From Verrucomicrobiales bacterium (GTDB taxonomy: Bacteria; Verrucomicrobiota; Verrucomicrobiia; Limisphaerales; SXTU01): a stretch of 64,000 nt of DNA. The DNA lies in contig SXTU01000063.1 in NCBI GenBank assembly GCA_005791875.1, positions 15,347-79,346 on the forward strand. Reading direction: 5' to 3'. Both the position numbers and the translations under genes were made by a program. Below are positions 38,084 to 47,518 of this stretch, piece after piece; position 1 is the stretch's first letter; each line of letters begins with the position of its first letter. The notes beneath the pieces were generated by a model. That model had not been told where the DNA came from. It saw only the letters and a list, made by a program, of their open reading frames with translations, and did not search any database.

Positions 38084-38971
38084 CTACTTTTTCTCCGCCG
38101 CTTTCAGCAGGAAGGGCTTCGCAGACGGCGGCACGGGATCGCTCGGCGTCGGCTTGAGGTAGGTGTCGTTCAGCTTGTCGCAACTCCAGAGCAGGCCGCG
38201 CGTGACCATGTCGAGATAGCGCGGGTCGCCGACGGTGGCGTTGTTGTGGCCGAGCGTGCTGCTGAACACGCGGGTCTTGCCGTAGAGGTTGCCCCAGGTG
38301 ACGACGGACTCGACTTCCTTCTCCGTGCCGTCCTTCTGCTTGATGACTTGCTTGCCCTTCATGAGAGGGATGGCCGAGGGGAAGATTTTGATGTTGTTGT
38401 AAAGCTCCTCGTTGACGGTGGTCCAGTTGGCAAGTGTCTTGGTGACGGGGTGGTTCTTGTCCGCGATTGTCACCTGGATCGGCACCTGCGGGCCGTGGCC
38501 GGTGGACTGGATGCCGAGGAGATCGAACCACAGCGAGTCCGAGGAGCCGGGCAGCACGGGGTCGCGGAACTGGCCGACGCGGTAGCTGTGCATGGCGCAG
38601 TGGAGGTTCACGGCGGGGACGCCGGCCTTGTGCGCGGAGAGGATGTTGTTCACGTAGTCCAGGTCCTTCACATCGGCGGAGCATTCGTCGTGGATGATGA
38701 CGTCGTAGCCCTTGGCCCAGTCGGGCTTCTCGTATTTCGCAAATTTCGCCTTGGTGGATCGGTCGGGCTTTTGCGCGGCGTCCACGGCGACGACGTAATC
38801 CACCTCGATGTGCGCGCGGGCTTCTAGGCCTTCCTTGAGGATGATGGGCTGCATCCCGTAGTCATGGCAGCAGCCGCCGGCGATGATGAGGGCGCGCAAC
38901 GGCTTCGGCGCGGCGGCCTGGGCGTGGGTGAGGGCCGCGACGGCAAGGAGGCAGGCGAGGAGTTGTTTCAT
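38084..38971 (-). CDS. ThuA (trehalose-utilisation-like) domain protein, secreted
   Basis: Start at MKQLLACLLAVAALTHAQA (ATG 38971). Motifs ALIIAGGCCHDY and YDVIIHDEC, with GHN near the C-terminus. Confidence 0.85.
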   Translation of the reverse strand: MKQLLACLLAVAALTHAQAAAPKPLRALIIAGGCCHDYGMQPIILKEGLEARAHIEVDYVVAVDAAQKPDRSTKAKFAKYEKPDWAKGYDVIIHDECSADVKDLDYVNNILSAHKAGVPAVNLHCAMHSYRVGQFRDPVLPGSSDSLWFDLLGIQSTGHGPQVPIQVTIADKNHPVTKTLANWTTVNEELYNNIKIFPSAIPLMKGKQVIKQKDGTEKEVESVVTWGNLYGKTRVFSSTLGHNNATVGDPRYLDMVTRGLLWSCDKLNDTYLKPTPSDPVPPSAKPFLLKAAEKK

Positions 38972-39017
38972 AGGTTTCAATTTGAGCACAATGGACGCGT
39001 GGCGGCGAAGGGGAAAT

Positions 39018-39347
39018 TCACAGCCGCCAGACGGCCGCGTCACAGCGTGTGGCCAAGGGCCGAGGGGGTGCTGGTGGGGTTGGGTCGAGTCGTCCCAGGG
39101 TGTAGGTGCCGCGAGCGGGGCAGACGGGCATCCGGGTCTGGCCGAAATACGCCTGGATTTCCGGGATCGTTGGCGTGGAAGTGGGCTGCATTTTGTTCTC
39201 GAAGCCCCGCTGCTGCTTGGTCTGGTCGAGCACGGTGAGGTTCTTCACGCAGGCTTTCTGCTGGGCCGTGGCGTGCGCCTTGGCGAAGTTCGGCAGCGCG
39301 ATGGACGCCATGATGCCGATGACCGCGACGACGATCATGATCTCCAC
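39018..39347 (-). CDS. prepilin-type (type II secretion pseudopilin-like) small protein with degenerate leader
   Basis: (GTG)EIMIVVAVIGIMASIALPNF matches the hydrophobic N-methylation-domain helix. An in-frame TGA lies only 7 codons upstream (S L L D Q I P F L V E...). This leaves no room for a normal leader ending in G|F. Confidence 0.55.
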   Translation of the reverse strand: MEIMIVVAVIGIMASIALPNFAKAHATAQQKACVKNLTVLDQTKQQRGFENKMQPTSTPTIPEIQAYFGQTRMPVCPARGTYTLGRLDPTPPAPPRPLATRCDAAVWRL

Positions 39348-39478
39348 CAGGAAAGGAATCTGGTCCAGGAGAGATCACTCTTCTGTCTCCGATCCGTGCC
39401 ATTGCTTGCTGAACACGGCCTCTTGGAACGGAGGGAAATTGGCTTTTCGTGCCGGGGTTGATCGGGATGATCCGCGAC

Positions 39479-40772
39479 ATGAAAATTCTCCTCGCTCGTC
39501 GTTCACTGTTGCTGGCCTCTCTGCTTATGCCCGGGGTGTCCGCCATCGCGCAGGACGCCAGTCTCTCCACCAACTACGTCCTCAAGGTCACGACCGATCG
39601 CGCTGACGCGCTCTACAAGTCAGGCGAGACCGTGACCTTCAAGCTCGAACTCACACTCGACAAGAAGCCCGTTGCCGACGCCGACGTGCGTGGACGCTGA
39701 CGAAGGACGGTGTGCCGCCCACCACTAGCGGCAAGGTGAAGCTCATCAACGGCAGTGCGAGCGTCACGGGCAAGCTGGACGCGGCTGGCTTCCTCCAGTG
39801 CCGCGCGACGTTCACCAGCGCGGAGAAGCGGCCATACACGGGCCTTGGTGGCGCAGGTGTTGACCGGTTGGGGATCAAGCCGAGCCTCCCGGTGCCGGCG
39901 GACTTTGATGCCTTCTGGGCAGCGCAGAAGAAGCAACTGGCCGCCGTGCCGGTCAACGCGCGGCTCACACCGGTGAAGCACCCTATGGCCGGTGTGGTGG
40001 CGTCCGACTTGCAGGCGGACTCCGTCGGCGCGCCGGTGTCCGGCTACTTCGCGAAGCCGGAGAACGCGAAGCCCATGAGCCTGCCCATCATCCTGCTCGT
40101 CCACGGCGCGGGCGTGCACAGCGCCAGCCTCGGCGGTGCGGTGGGCTGGGCGAAACAGAACTTCCTCGCGCTGGACATCAACGCGCACGGCTTGCCCAAC
40201 GGCCAGCCGGACAAGTTTGACACGGACACCTCCAAGGGTGACCGGAAGGACTATCGGGCGCGTGGCCGCGAGTCGCGTGACACGGTTTACTTCCGCGGCA
40301 TGTTCCTGCGTCTTGTGAGGGCGCTGGACTTCCTCACCGCGCAGCCGGAGTGGGACGGCAAGACAGTGGTGGTTTACGGCTCAAGCCAGGGAGGATTTCA
40401 GGCGATCGTCGCCGCTGGGATGGACGCGCGCGTGACATTCTTTGCCGCCGGCGCGCCTGCGGGCTGCGACCCACAGGCTTCAAGGTCGACCGCATCAACG
40501 GCTGGCCCAAGTTCATCGCCACCGGCAAGCAGCCGCCCGCGAACATCGTGGAAGCCGTCCGCTATTATGACGCGATGAACTTCGCCACGCGCACAAAGGC
40601 CGGCGCGATCTTCACCGTGGGCTTCATTGACACGACCTGCCCACCATCGAGCGTGTATGCGGCTTACAACAACGTCAGCGGGAAGAAATCCATCCACCAC
40701 GACCCTGATGCCGGCCACACCAGCACGCCCAAGGCGAGCGAGGCGATGCGGAACGCAACATGGCGCACGTAA
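39479..40772 (+). pseudogene. acetyl xylan esterase / cephalosporin-C deacetylase (AXE1) family gene split by two single-base frameshifts
   Basis: ATG 39479 gives the signal MKILLARRSLLLASLLMPGVSAIA. The frame changes at about 39689-39691 (..ADADV|WTLTKDGVPP..). It changes again at about 40468-40473 (..YGSSQGGFQAIVAAGMDARVTFFAAGAPAGCD|TGFKVDRINGWPKF..). The C-terminal part carries TVGFIDTTCPPSSVYAAYN and HDPDAGH. The track shows three ORFs: 39449..39700, 39712..40578 and 40350..40772. Confidence 0.75.
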
Positions 40773-41069
40773 AGGCGATGCAGGCGGCGAATTGAGGGGG
40801 CGGGAACCGGATTTGGGCAAAAAGAAGATTCGGGCAGCAGACGCCAAGGAGGTGGGGATGGGGAATCCCTCTGAAGAAACGTGCTGCCGCCCGAATCAAA
40901 ATCGAACTAACTGATATTGAAATTAGGACGCCGCACTTCGTTGTCAATCGTGAATTTTGAGATTCTTTATTCCCTTGGCCCTGTGTTCTACGCAGCCGGT
41001 TTCCCGCATTGACGGGTCCGCTTCCACCGCTACCGTTCTCGGCAACAGACCGCTTCTGCGCACACCGCC

Positions 41070-42524
41070 ATGATTAGAATCTCCGGACAGAGCAAAGCCG
41101 CCTGCGACGGCCTGCGCCGCCGCGAAATGCTGCGCCTCGGCGGCTTGTCCTTGCTGGGCATGTCGCTGCCGGATTTGCTCCGCGCGGAGGCGACGCTTCC
41201 CGCGAAGCCTGGGCGGGGCAAAGCCAAGTCTGTCATTCTGCTGTATCTCTTCGGCGGGCCGGCGGTGCAGGAGACCTTCGATCCAAAGACCGACGCGCCC
41301 CGCGAACTTCGCGGCGAGTTTGGCTCGATCCGCACCTCGCTGCCCGGCATCCATTTCTGCGAGCACCTTCCGCGCGCCGCGAAGTGGATGGACCGCTCCA
41401 CGCTCATCCGTTCCGCCACGCACGATCAGAACGACCACAGCGCCGGGATGCTCTACACGATGACCGGTGCGCCCGCCGACAAGCTGGAGTCGCTGGTGCC
41501 CGTGCTCAACACTCAGGCCCCGAGCATGAACGCGATGGTCGAGTATCTCTCTCGCACCAGCCGCAGCACCGCGCCCGCGAGCGTTTGGATGCCGTGCAAT
41601 CCCGGCTGGGGCCAGAAGATCACCCGGCCCGGCCCCTTCGCCGGCTGGCTCGGTCGCAAGTGGGACCCGCTCGTGACCGATGTGGAGTTGCGCGACACCT
41701 ACGAGGCGAAGTCTTTCTACGACGTGCAGCGTCAGGCCGCCGGCAACATCCTCGTGCCCGGCACCAAACTTCCCGCCGACATCACGCTCGACCGCTTCGC
41801 CCACCGCCGTTCGCTCGCTGAACAGCTTCACATTCAAGCCGACCGCGTCGGCAACTCGGAGGCTTACGAGCGCTACGATGCCTACCAGAAGCGAGCCCTC
41901 GACATCCTCGCGGACAACAGCTCCACCGACAGCGCATGGCGCGCCTTCGACCTCGGCGACGAGAAACCCGCCCTTCGCGACCGCTACGGCCGCCACCTCT
42001 TCGGCGAGTCGGCGCTGACGGCACGACGGCTTGTCGAGCGCGGCACGCGCTTCGTGACCGTGTATTGGGAATCCTACGACAAGACCGGCGGCGACCCGAC
42101 CGCGTGGGACACGCACTCCGACCACTTCAACATCTGCAAGAACCACCGCCTCCCGCCACTCGACCAGACTTACTCCGCGCTGTGTGAAGACCTGCAAGCG
42201 CGCGGCCTGCTCGATGAGACGCTCGTCATCGTGATGGGCGAGATGGGCCGCTCACCGAAAATCAACCGCAGCGCCGGGCGCGACCACTGGTCGTTCGTCC
42301 ACAACATCTTGATGACCGGCGCGGGTGTGAAACGCGGCTACGTCCACGGCGCGTCGGACAAGAATGCCGAGCGCGTGACTGACAAGCCCGTCGGCCCGGC
42401 GGACTTCATCGCGACGGTCTATGCCGCGATGGGCATTGACCCGGACAGCTTTGTAGAGGACGCGGGCGGGCGGCTGCGGCCGATCACGCCGGGTGGGAAC
42501 GTGGTGAGGGAAGTGTTGGCCTGA
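41070..42524 (+). CDS. DUF1501 (sulfatase-fold) protein with Tat-like signal
   Basis: GLRRREMLRLGGLSLLG, SVILLYLFGGPAVQETFDPK, GRDHWSFVHNILMTGAG. The 417-aa minus-strand ORF 40944..42197 is its antisense shadow. Confidence 0.9.
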   Translation: MIRISGQSKAACDGLRRREMLRLGGLSLLGMSLPDLLRAEATLPAKPGRGKAKSVILLYLFGGPAVQETFDPKTDAPRELRGEFGSIRTSLPGIHFCEHLPRAAKWMDRSTLIRSATHDQNDHSAGMLYTMTGAPADKLESLVPVLNTQAPSMNAMVEYLSRTSRSTAPASVWMPCNPGWGQKITRPGPFAGWLGRKWDPLVTDVELRDTYEAKSFYDVQRQAAGNILVPGTKLPADITLDRFAHRRSLAEQLHIQADRVGNSEAYERYDAYQKRALDILADNSSTDSAWRAFDLGDEKPALRDRYGRHLFGESALTARRLVERGTRFVTVYWESYDKTGGDPTAWDTHSDHFNICKNHRLPPLDQTYSALCEDLQARGLLDETLVIVMGEMGRSPKINRSAGRDHWSFVHNILMTGAGVKRGYVHGASDKNAERVTDKPVGPADFIATVYAAMGIDPDSFVEDAGGRLRPITPGGNVVREVLA

Positions 42525-42527
42525 AGC

Positions 42528-42603
42528 AGTGCTTAGTAATCAGTGATTGGTCGCAACTGGCGAAGCTCGACGCGACTCTACTCAGCACTAATTACTAATC
42601 ACT
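42528..42603. repeat. inverted pair of AGT-phased heptamer arrays between convergent genes
   Basis: Plus strand, 42528-42548: AGTGCTT AGTAATC AGTGATT. Minus strand, 42580-42603: AGTGATT AGTAATT AGTGCTG AGTAG. The TGA stop of the minus-strand gene (42599-42601) is part of the first heptamer. Confidence 0.85.
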
Positions 42604-44848
42604 TCCCCTCTGGCGTCTTCACCTGCCGAATCCACTCGCCGAGCATCTTCAACGCCGGCTCGTCCACGAGTGACTTCGCGAGTGGCGGCATTCCGCCCTG
42701 CCCCACCCGGAGCATGCGCTGGATCAGCGTGCTTCGCTCCGGCGCGCCGGGCGCGACGATCAGCGCGTCCGCGAGTCCGAACTTGTCGTGCTGCGGCGCG
42801 ATGCCGATGAGGCGCATTTTTTCCGGCGCGGTGGTCCAGTTCAGCGTGATGGCGGAGTTGCCGCCGCCGGCCTCGACGTGGCAATGCGCACAATTCGCGT
42901 GCAGGTAGGAGCGGGCGCGGAGGGTCAAGTCCGCCGTCTCGTCATAAGGATTCGGCAGGCTCGCCATTTTCTCCGGCGGCTTGGGCAGCTTCACCACGCC
43001 GGCCTTGTCGGGCTTCAGCGTGAACGCACCGAGGTGCGCGAGCGTGCGGAGCTGGTTCGCCTTTCCGCCCGCGTAGTCGTGGTCGCGGTTCATCTGGAGC
43101 GTGTTCACCCCGAGCACATACTGGGCGGCGCGGCTGTGGCAGGTCATACACTCGGCGCGGCTGGGGTAATGCCACGTCTGCTTGCGCGAACCGCCGGGCG
43201 CGCGGGCGTCCTTGATTTTGTAATCGCGGTCCGCGCCCTTGGCCTCGACGAGTTCCGCGTCGGTCTGCGAGTCGTTCCAGCGGTAGCTGTAGCCCACCCA
43301 CTCGTTCTGCTCGAAGAGCATGAAGCGCGTCTCCACCCACTTGCGCGACTTCGGGTTCCCGGCCTCGAGATCGAGCGCGAAACTCTTCACCAGCACGGTC
43401 TCCTCGGGGAACTTCCACCCGCCGCCTTCCGCAAACCCAATCTGCGACTCGCCCGGCAGGGCGATGAACCGCTCCTTGTGCGCGCCGTCGGACCACAACT
43501 CCGAGTTCACGGAATACGGAATCAGCGCGGGCTGCACGACGTGGCCCTTCACCTTCGCGAACAGCCCGCTGTCACTGAGCTTCTTCGGAAACGGCAGACG
43601 TTTCTTGGTCGCAGGCGGCATCGGCTCCAGCTCGTAGAGTTGTCCGGCGTAATCCACATAGAAGATCTCGCCGGCCCGGCCTTCGCAGAAGCCGACCATC
43701 GCGTGCGGCGTGTCGGCGATTTCGCGGTGCCACGTGACCTTGCTCCCCTTGCGTTTGAGCGCCCAAATTTTGCCCGTGCCGTAGTCGCCGTAAATGTAAG
43801 CGCCGCGCAGCTCGGGGAACTTGCTGCCTTGATATACCACGCCGCCCGTGATGGAGCGCGCCTCGGCGTGATGGTGCTCGACAAGCGGCGGCGTGACCGG
43901 GTGCGGGCCAGGCACGCGCTGCGCGTGGAACGGATGATTCCCCTCGCGCACGCTCCACCCGAAGTTCGCGCCGCGCGTCACGAGCTGAATCATCTCCCAC
44001 AAGTCCTGCCCGATGTCGCCGACCAGCAGCGCGCCGTCCGCCGGGTCCATCGTCATGCGCCACGGGTTGCGGAAGCCGTAGGCCCACAGCTCAGGCCGCG
44101 CCTTCGGAATATCCCAGAACGGATTGTCCTTCGGGATCGAGAAGGCCTTCCCCGCATCGGGCCGCTCGATGTCCAGCCGCAGCACGCCAGAGTTCAGATC
44201 GGAAATGTCCTGCCCGGAGTTGTTGCCGTCCGAGTCGCTCGTGCCGTCGCCGGAGGTGATGTAGAGCATCCCATCGAGGCCGAACGCCATCTCGCCGCCG
44301 TTGTGCCCGTTGGACCACCACTTGATGATCTCATACTCCGACGCCGGGTTCGCGTTGCCCTCGGGCGTGACAGTGTAGCGGAGGATGCGGTTGAATTTGT
44401 TCGTGCCGCCGAGCACGACGCCCGCGCTGTTGGTCTGCAACTTGTTTGGCCCATTCGCGAAGACGAAGACGAAGCGGTTCGTTGCGAAGCCAGGGTGAAA
44501 GTGGAACGAGTAAAAATCGTGGTCCGCCAGTTCGAGGAAAAGGTTCGTCGTGCTCTGAGACTGGTCGCGGGAAATCGGCAGAATACGAGCGGCTTGCTCG
44601 ACCACGAGGAATCGGTCGCTGCCCGCGTCGCGCCCGAGGAAAAGCGGTTTCTTGAAATCCATCCCTGGCCATGCACGCTTGGCCCGCATCGGCAACGCGG
44701 GGTCCGGCGAGCCTACCACGCGCGAAGTGGTGAGCGGGATGCGCTTGTCGAGGCCGGAGGGCAAACCGTCGTGGGCGGTGGCGGCGAGGAGGTTTGTGGC
44801 GAGGCCCCACACGAGCAGCGCGGGGAGCAGACGAGTCAGGTGGTTCAC
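42599..44848 (-). CDS. PQQ-dependent sugar dehydrogenase-like beta-propeller fused to a C-terminal two-CxxCH heme domain, secreted
   Basis: Signal MNHLTRLLPALLVWGLATNLLA. SGDH-type blocks HNGGEMAFGLDGMLYITSGDG, WAYGFRNPWRM and GANFGW. The C-terminal region carries CMTCH and CAHCH. Confidence 0.85.
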   Translation of the reverse strand: MNHLTRLLPALLVWGLATNLLAATAHDGLPSGLDKRIPLTTSRVVGSPDPALPMRAKRAWPGMDFKKPLFLGRDAGSDRFLVVEQAARILPISRDQSQSTTNLFLELADHDFYSFHFHPGFATNRFVFVFANGPNKLQTNSAGVVLGGTNKFNRILRYTVTPEGNANPASEYEIIKWWSNGHNGGEMAFGLDGMLYITSGDGTSDSDGNNSGQDISDLNSGVLRLDIERPDAGKAFSIPKDNPFWDIPKARPELWAYGFRNPWRMTMDPADGALLVGDIGQDLWEMIQLVTRGANFGWSVREGNHPFHAQRVPGPHPVTPPLVEHHHAEARSITGGVVYQGSKFPELRGAYIYGDYGTGKIWALKRKGSKVTWHREIADTPHAMVGFCEGRAGEIFYVDYAGQLYELEPMPPATKKRLPFPKKLSDSGLFAKVKGHVVQPALIPYSVNSELWSDGAHKERFIALPGESQIGFAEGGGWKFPEETVLVKSFALDLEAGNPKSRKWVETRFMLFEQNEWVGYSYRWNDSQTDAELVEAKGADRDYKIKDARAPGGSRKQTWHYPSRAECMTCHSRAAQYVLGVNTLQMNRDHDYAGGKANQLRTLAHLGAFTLKPDKAGVVKLPKPPEKMASLPNPYDETADLTLRARSYLHANCAHCHVEAGGGNSAITLNWTTAPEKMRLIGIAPQHDKFGLADALIVAPGAPERSTLIQRMLRVGQGGMPPLAKSLVDEPALKMLGEWIRQVKTPEGK

Positions 44849-44938
44849 GCAACAACGCTAGACCGGAGGGCACCGGCGTCAATTCAGCGTTTGCCAGTTG
44901 AATGCCCCCGCCCGCCGCCCACGTCCAAGACTTGATTC

Positions 44939-46324
44939 ATGCTAACGCTGCAAGACCGCCTGCACCGCCGCCAGTTCCTGCGCGTCGGTGGCCTTTCGCT
45001 GGGCGGCCTCACCCTCGCGGACCTGCTGGCGGCGAAGGCCACCGCCCGGTCCGCCAAGCTCCCCCTCCGCGACAAGTCCGTCATCTTCCTATTCCAGCAC
45101 GGCGGCCCCTCCCAGTTCGAGACCTTCGACCCCAAGATGGACGCGCCCCGCGAGATCCGCTCTGCGACCGGCGAAATCCCAACCAAGATTCCCGGCATCA
45201 CCTTCGGTTCCACCTTCGAGCGCCTGGCGAAACTTAACGACAAGTTCTCCATCGTCCGCTCCTTCGCCACCGGCGATGCCAACCACGACATCAAGCCCAT
45301 CGTCGGACGCGATACCCTCCGCGCCAACATGGGCACCCTCTACGCCCGCGTCGCCGGCGCGCTCCGCCCCGACACCGCGATGCCCACCAACGTCGCCCTC
45401 TTCCCCCGCGCCGTGGACCTAGCGTCCGGTCCGGCCATCACCTCGTTCGGCAACTTTGAGTCCACTGGGGAATTCGGCTCGGCCTACGCGCCTTTCGTGC
45501 CCGGTGCCGGTGGCGGCTTGCAGGCGGACATGAAGCTCAACCTCCCGCAGTCGCGCCTCAACGACCGCCGCGAGTTGCTCGGTTCCCTCGACCAATGGAA
45601 GCGCCGCGTCGAGGCCAGCGGCGCGTTCGACGGCACCGACACCTTCCAGCAGCAAGCCTTCGCCACGCTTGAGCGCGGCATCTCGGACGCTTTTGACCTC
45701 ACGAAGGAAGATCCGCGTGTCGTCGCCCGTTACGACACCGCGCCGCTCGCGTCGCGCGACCGCTTCAGCCCCGCGTGGAAGAACCGCGAGCACTACGCCG
45801 ACAACTCCGCTACGCTGGGCAAGCTCCTCCTCCTCGCCCGCCGCCTGTGCGAACGCGGCGCCGGTTTCGTCACCGTCACCACCAGCTTCGTGTGGGACAT
45901 GCACGCCGACGTGAACAACGCCCCGATGACCACCGGCATGGACTACGTGGGCCGCCCCTTCGACCACGCCGTCTCCGCGTTCATCGAGGACTGCGAATCG
46001 CGCGGGCTGCGGGACAAGATTCTCCTCGTCTGCTGCGGCGAGATGGGCCGCACGCCGCGCATCAACGCGAAGGGCGGCCGCGACCACTGGGGCGGCCTCG
46101 CCCCGCTGATGCTCTATGGCGGCGGCTTGCAGATGGGCCGCGTCATCGGCGCGTCCTCCCGCGATGGCGGCTCTCCTGCTGACAATCCGGTCACGATGCA
46201 AAACCTCCTCGCCACCGTCATGCACACCCTGCTGGACCTTGGCGAAGTCCGCGTGATGGACGGCTTGCCCAAGTCGCTCTTGGACACCCTCACCGGCGGC
46301 GAGACCATCAAGGGCTTGGTGTAA
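44939..46324 (+). CDS. DUF1501 (sulfatase-fold) protein with Tat signal
   Basis: HRRQFLRVGGLSLGG, VIFLFQHGGPSQFETFDPK, GRDHWGGLAPLMLYGGG. Confidence 0.9.
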   Translation: MLTLQDRLHRRQFLRVGGLSLGGLTLADLLAAKATARSAKLPLRDKSVIFLFQHGGPSQFETFDPKMDAPREIRSATGEIPTKIPGITFGSTFERLAKLNDKFSIVRSFATGDANHDIKPIVGRDTLRANMGTLYARVAGALRPDTAMPTNVALFPRAVDLASGPAITSFGNFESTGEFGSAYAPFVPGAGGGLQADMKLNLPQSRLNDRRELLGSLDQWKRRVEASGAFDGTDTFQQQAFATLERGISDAFDLTKEDPRVVARYDTAPLASRDRFSPAWKNREHYADNSATLGKLLLLARRLCERGAGFVTVTTSFVWDMHADVNNAPMTTGMDYVGRPFDHAVSAFIEDCESRGLRDKILLVCCGEMGRTPRINAKGGRDHWGGLAPLMLYGGGLQMGRVIGASSRDGGSPADNPVTMQNLLATVMHTLLDLGEVRVMDGLPKSLLDTLTGGETIKGLV

Positions 46325-46396
46325 GCCGTCGAGACGAAAGGGGATTCCTTCGGTCAACCAGCCCGCCTCCTCCGTTCAGCGGCCGCGCGTTCCCGT

Positions 46397-46630
46397 TCAG
46401 GCTTTTGCCGTCCTCGACTTCGTTCCGTTTTTCCCCGCGCTGACCACTTGGTGAGTGTCCACGATGCGGAAACCGCCGTCCGGCAGCACCAGCATGAACT
46501 CGCTGGTGCCAGGCATGAAGAACAGGTGACCCAGCGTGACGACTGGGAGCACCTGACCGTCGGCGAGGTGGATGTCAAACGGCTTGAATGGCGTGGTGTC
46601 GCGGAGTTTCTTGAGTGCCTTCGTGGTCAT
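46397..46630 (-). CDS. small hypothetical protein (77 aa), probably co-transcribed with ppgK
   Basis: MTTKALKKLRDTTPFKPFDIHLADGQVLPVVTLGHLFFMPGTSEFMLVLPDGGFRIVDTHQVVSAGK... The ATG lies 11 nt after the ppgK stop. The 286-aa track ORF extending to 47257 is an Arg-rich shadow of ppgK. Confidence 0.55.
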   Translation of the reverse strand: MTTKALKKLRDTTPFKPFDIHLADGQVLPVVTLGHLFFMPGTSEFMLVLPDGGFRIVDTHQVVSAGKNGTKSRTAKA

Positions 46631-46641
46631 GCGTCTGGAAA

Positions 46642-47433
46642 TCACTTCGCCTCGCGCTTCCGCTTCCTCGCCAGCGCCTTGACGCCAGGCCCGGCGAAGA
46701 GCGCCGCTCCCACGATGCCCGCGTCGTTGCCCATCGTGGCGGGGACGATCTTGGCCTCCACGTTTTCCAGATAGCGGAAGAATTGCTCGGGGTCGCTGCT
46801 CACGCCGCCGCCGATGATGAAGAGGTCGGGCGCGAGCATGTATTCGAGCGTGGTGAGGTAGCGGTCCACGTTTTTGCCCCACTGCTCCCACGTCCACTTG
46901 TTGCGCTCCCGCGCGACGGTGGAGGCGAACTTCTCCGCGTCCTGCCCGCCGATCTCGAGATGGCCAAGCTCGGTGTCGGGCAAGAGAGAACCGTTGTGCA
47001 GCACGGCGGAGCCGATGCCGGTGCCCAGCGTGACGAGCACGACAGTGCCGCGCACGCCGCGCCCCGCGCCGAAGCGCGCCTCGGCCAGTCCAGCGGCGTC
47101 GGCGTCGTTGCCGACGGCGACGAAACTCACGCCCAAGGCGCGACGCAGGTGCTCGACGATCTCGTGGCGCACCCACGTCGGGTCGAGGTTGGGCGCGCGT
47201 CGGACGACGCCGTGCTTGATGAGGCCGGGGAAGCCGACGCCAACGGGGCCGCGCCACTTGAGGCGCTTGGCCAGCTCGCCGATGGCGGCGACGACGCCCT
47301 TGGGCGTGGCGGGCACCGGAGTCTTGGTGCGGATGACGGAGGAGGTGAGCGTGCCTTTGCGCGTGTCCACGACGGCGGCCTTGATGCTGGTGCCGCCGAT
47401 GTCCACGCCGAGGATGAGATGCGAGTCGCTCAT
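46642..47433 (-). CDS. ppgK: polyphosphate glucokinase (ROK family)
   Basis: Start MSDSHLILGVDIGGTSIKAAVVD. Motifs NDADAAGLAE, LGTGIGSAVLHNGSLLPDTELGHLEIGG and GGGVS. The similarity to actinobacterial PpgK runs end to end, as far as I recall that sequence. Confidence 0.85.
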   Translation of the reverse strand: MSDSHLILGVDIGGTSIKAAVVDTRKGTLTSSVIRTKTPVPATPKGVVAAIGELAKRLKWRGPVGVGFPGLIKHGVVRRAPNLDPTWVRHEIVEHLRRALGVSFVAVGNDADAAGLAEARFGAGRGVRGTVVLVTLGTGIGSAVLHNGSLLPDTELGHLEIGGQDAEKFASTVARERNKWTWEQWGKNVDRYLTTLEYMLAPDLFIIGGGVSSDPEQFFRYLENVEAKIVPATMGNDAGIVGAALFAGPGVKALARKRKREAK

Positions 47434-47518
47434 GGAGTTGCCGGAGAATTGTTGCCCGAAAGAACCAGAGTTGAACAGCCGCGAAAGCCGCAGGGGCAAA
47501 ACCAGCCCGCGCGGAGGC

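Noticed and set aside
39040-39573. 177-aa minus-strand ORF overlapping the pseudopilin gene and the AXE 5' end
   Set aside because: It is Arg/Pro-rich with no motifs. It overlaps two better-supported features in other frames.
46397-47257. 286-aa ORF as listed in the track
   Set aside because: The first ~209 residues are Arg-rich antisense of ppgK. Only the last 77 codons, from ATG 46630, look like a real gene.
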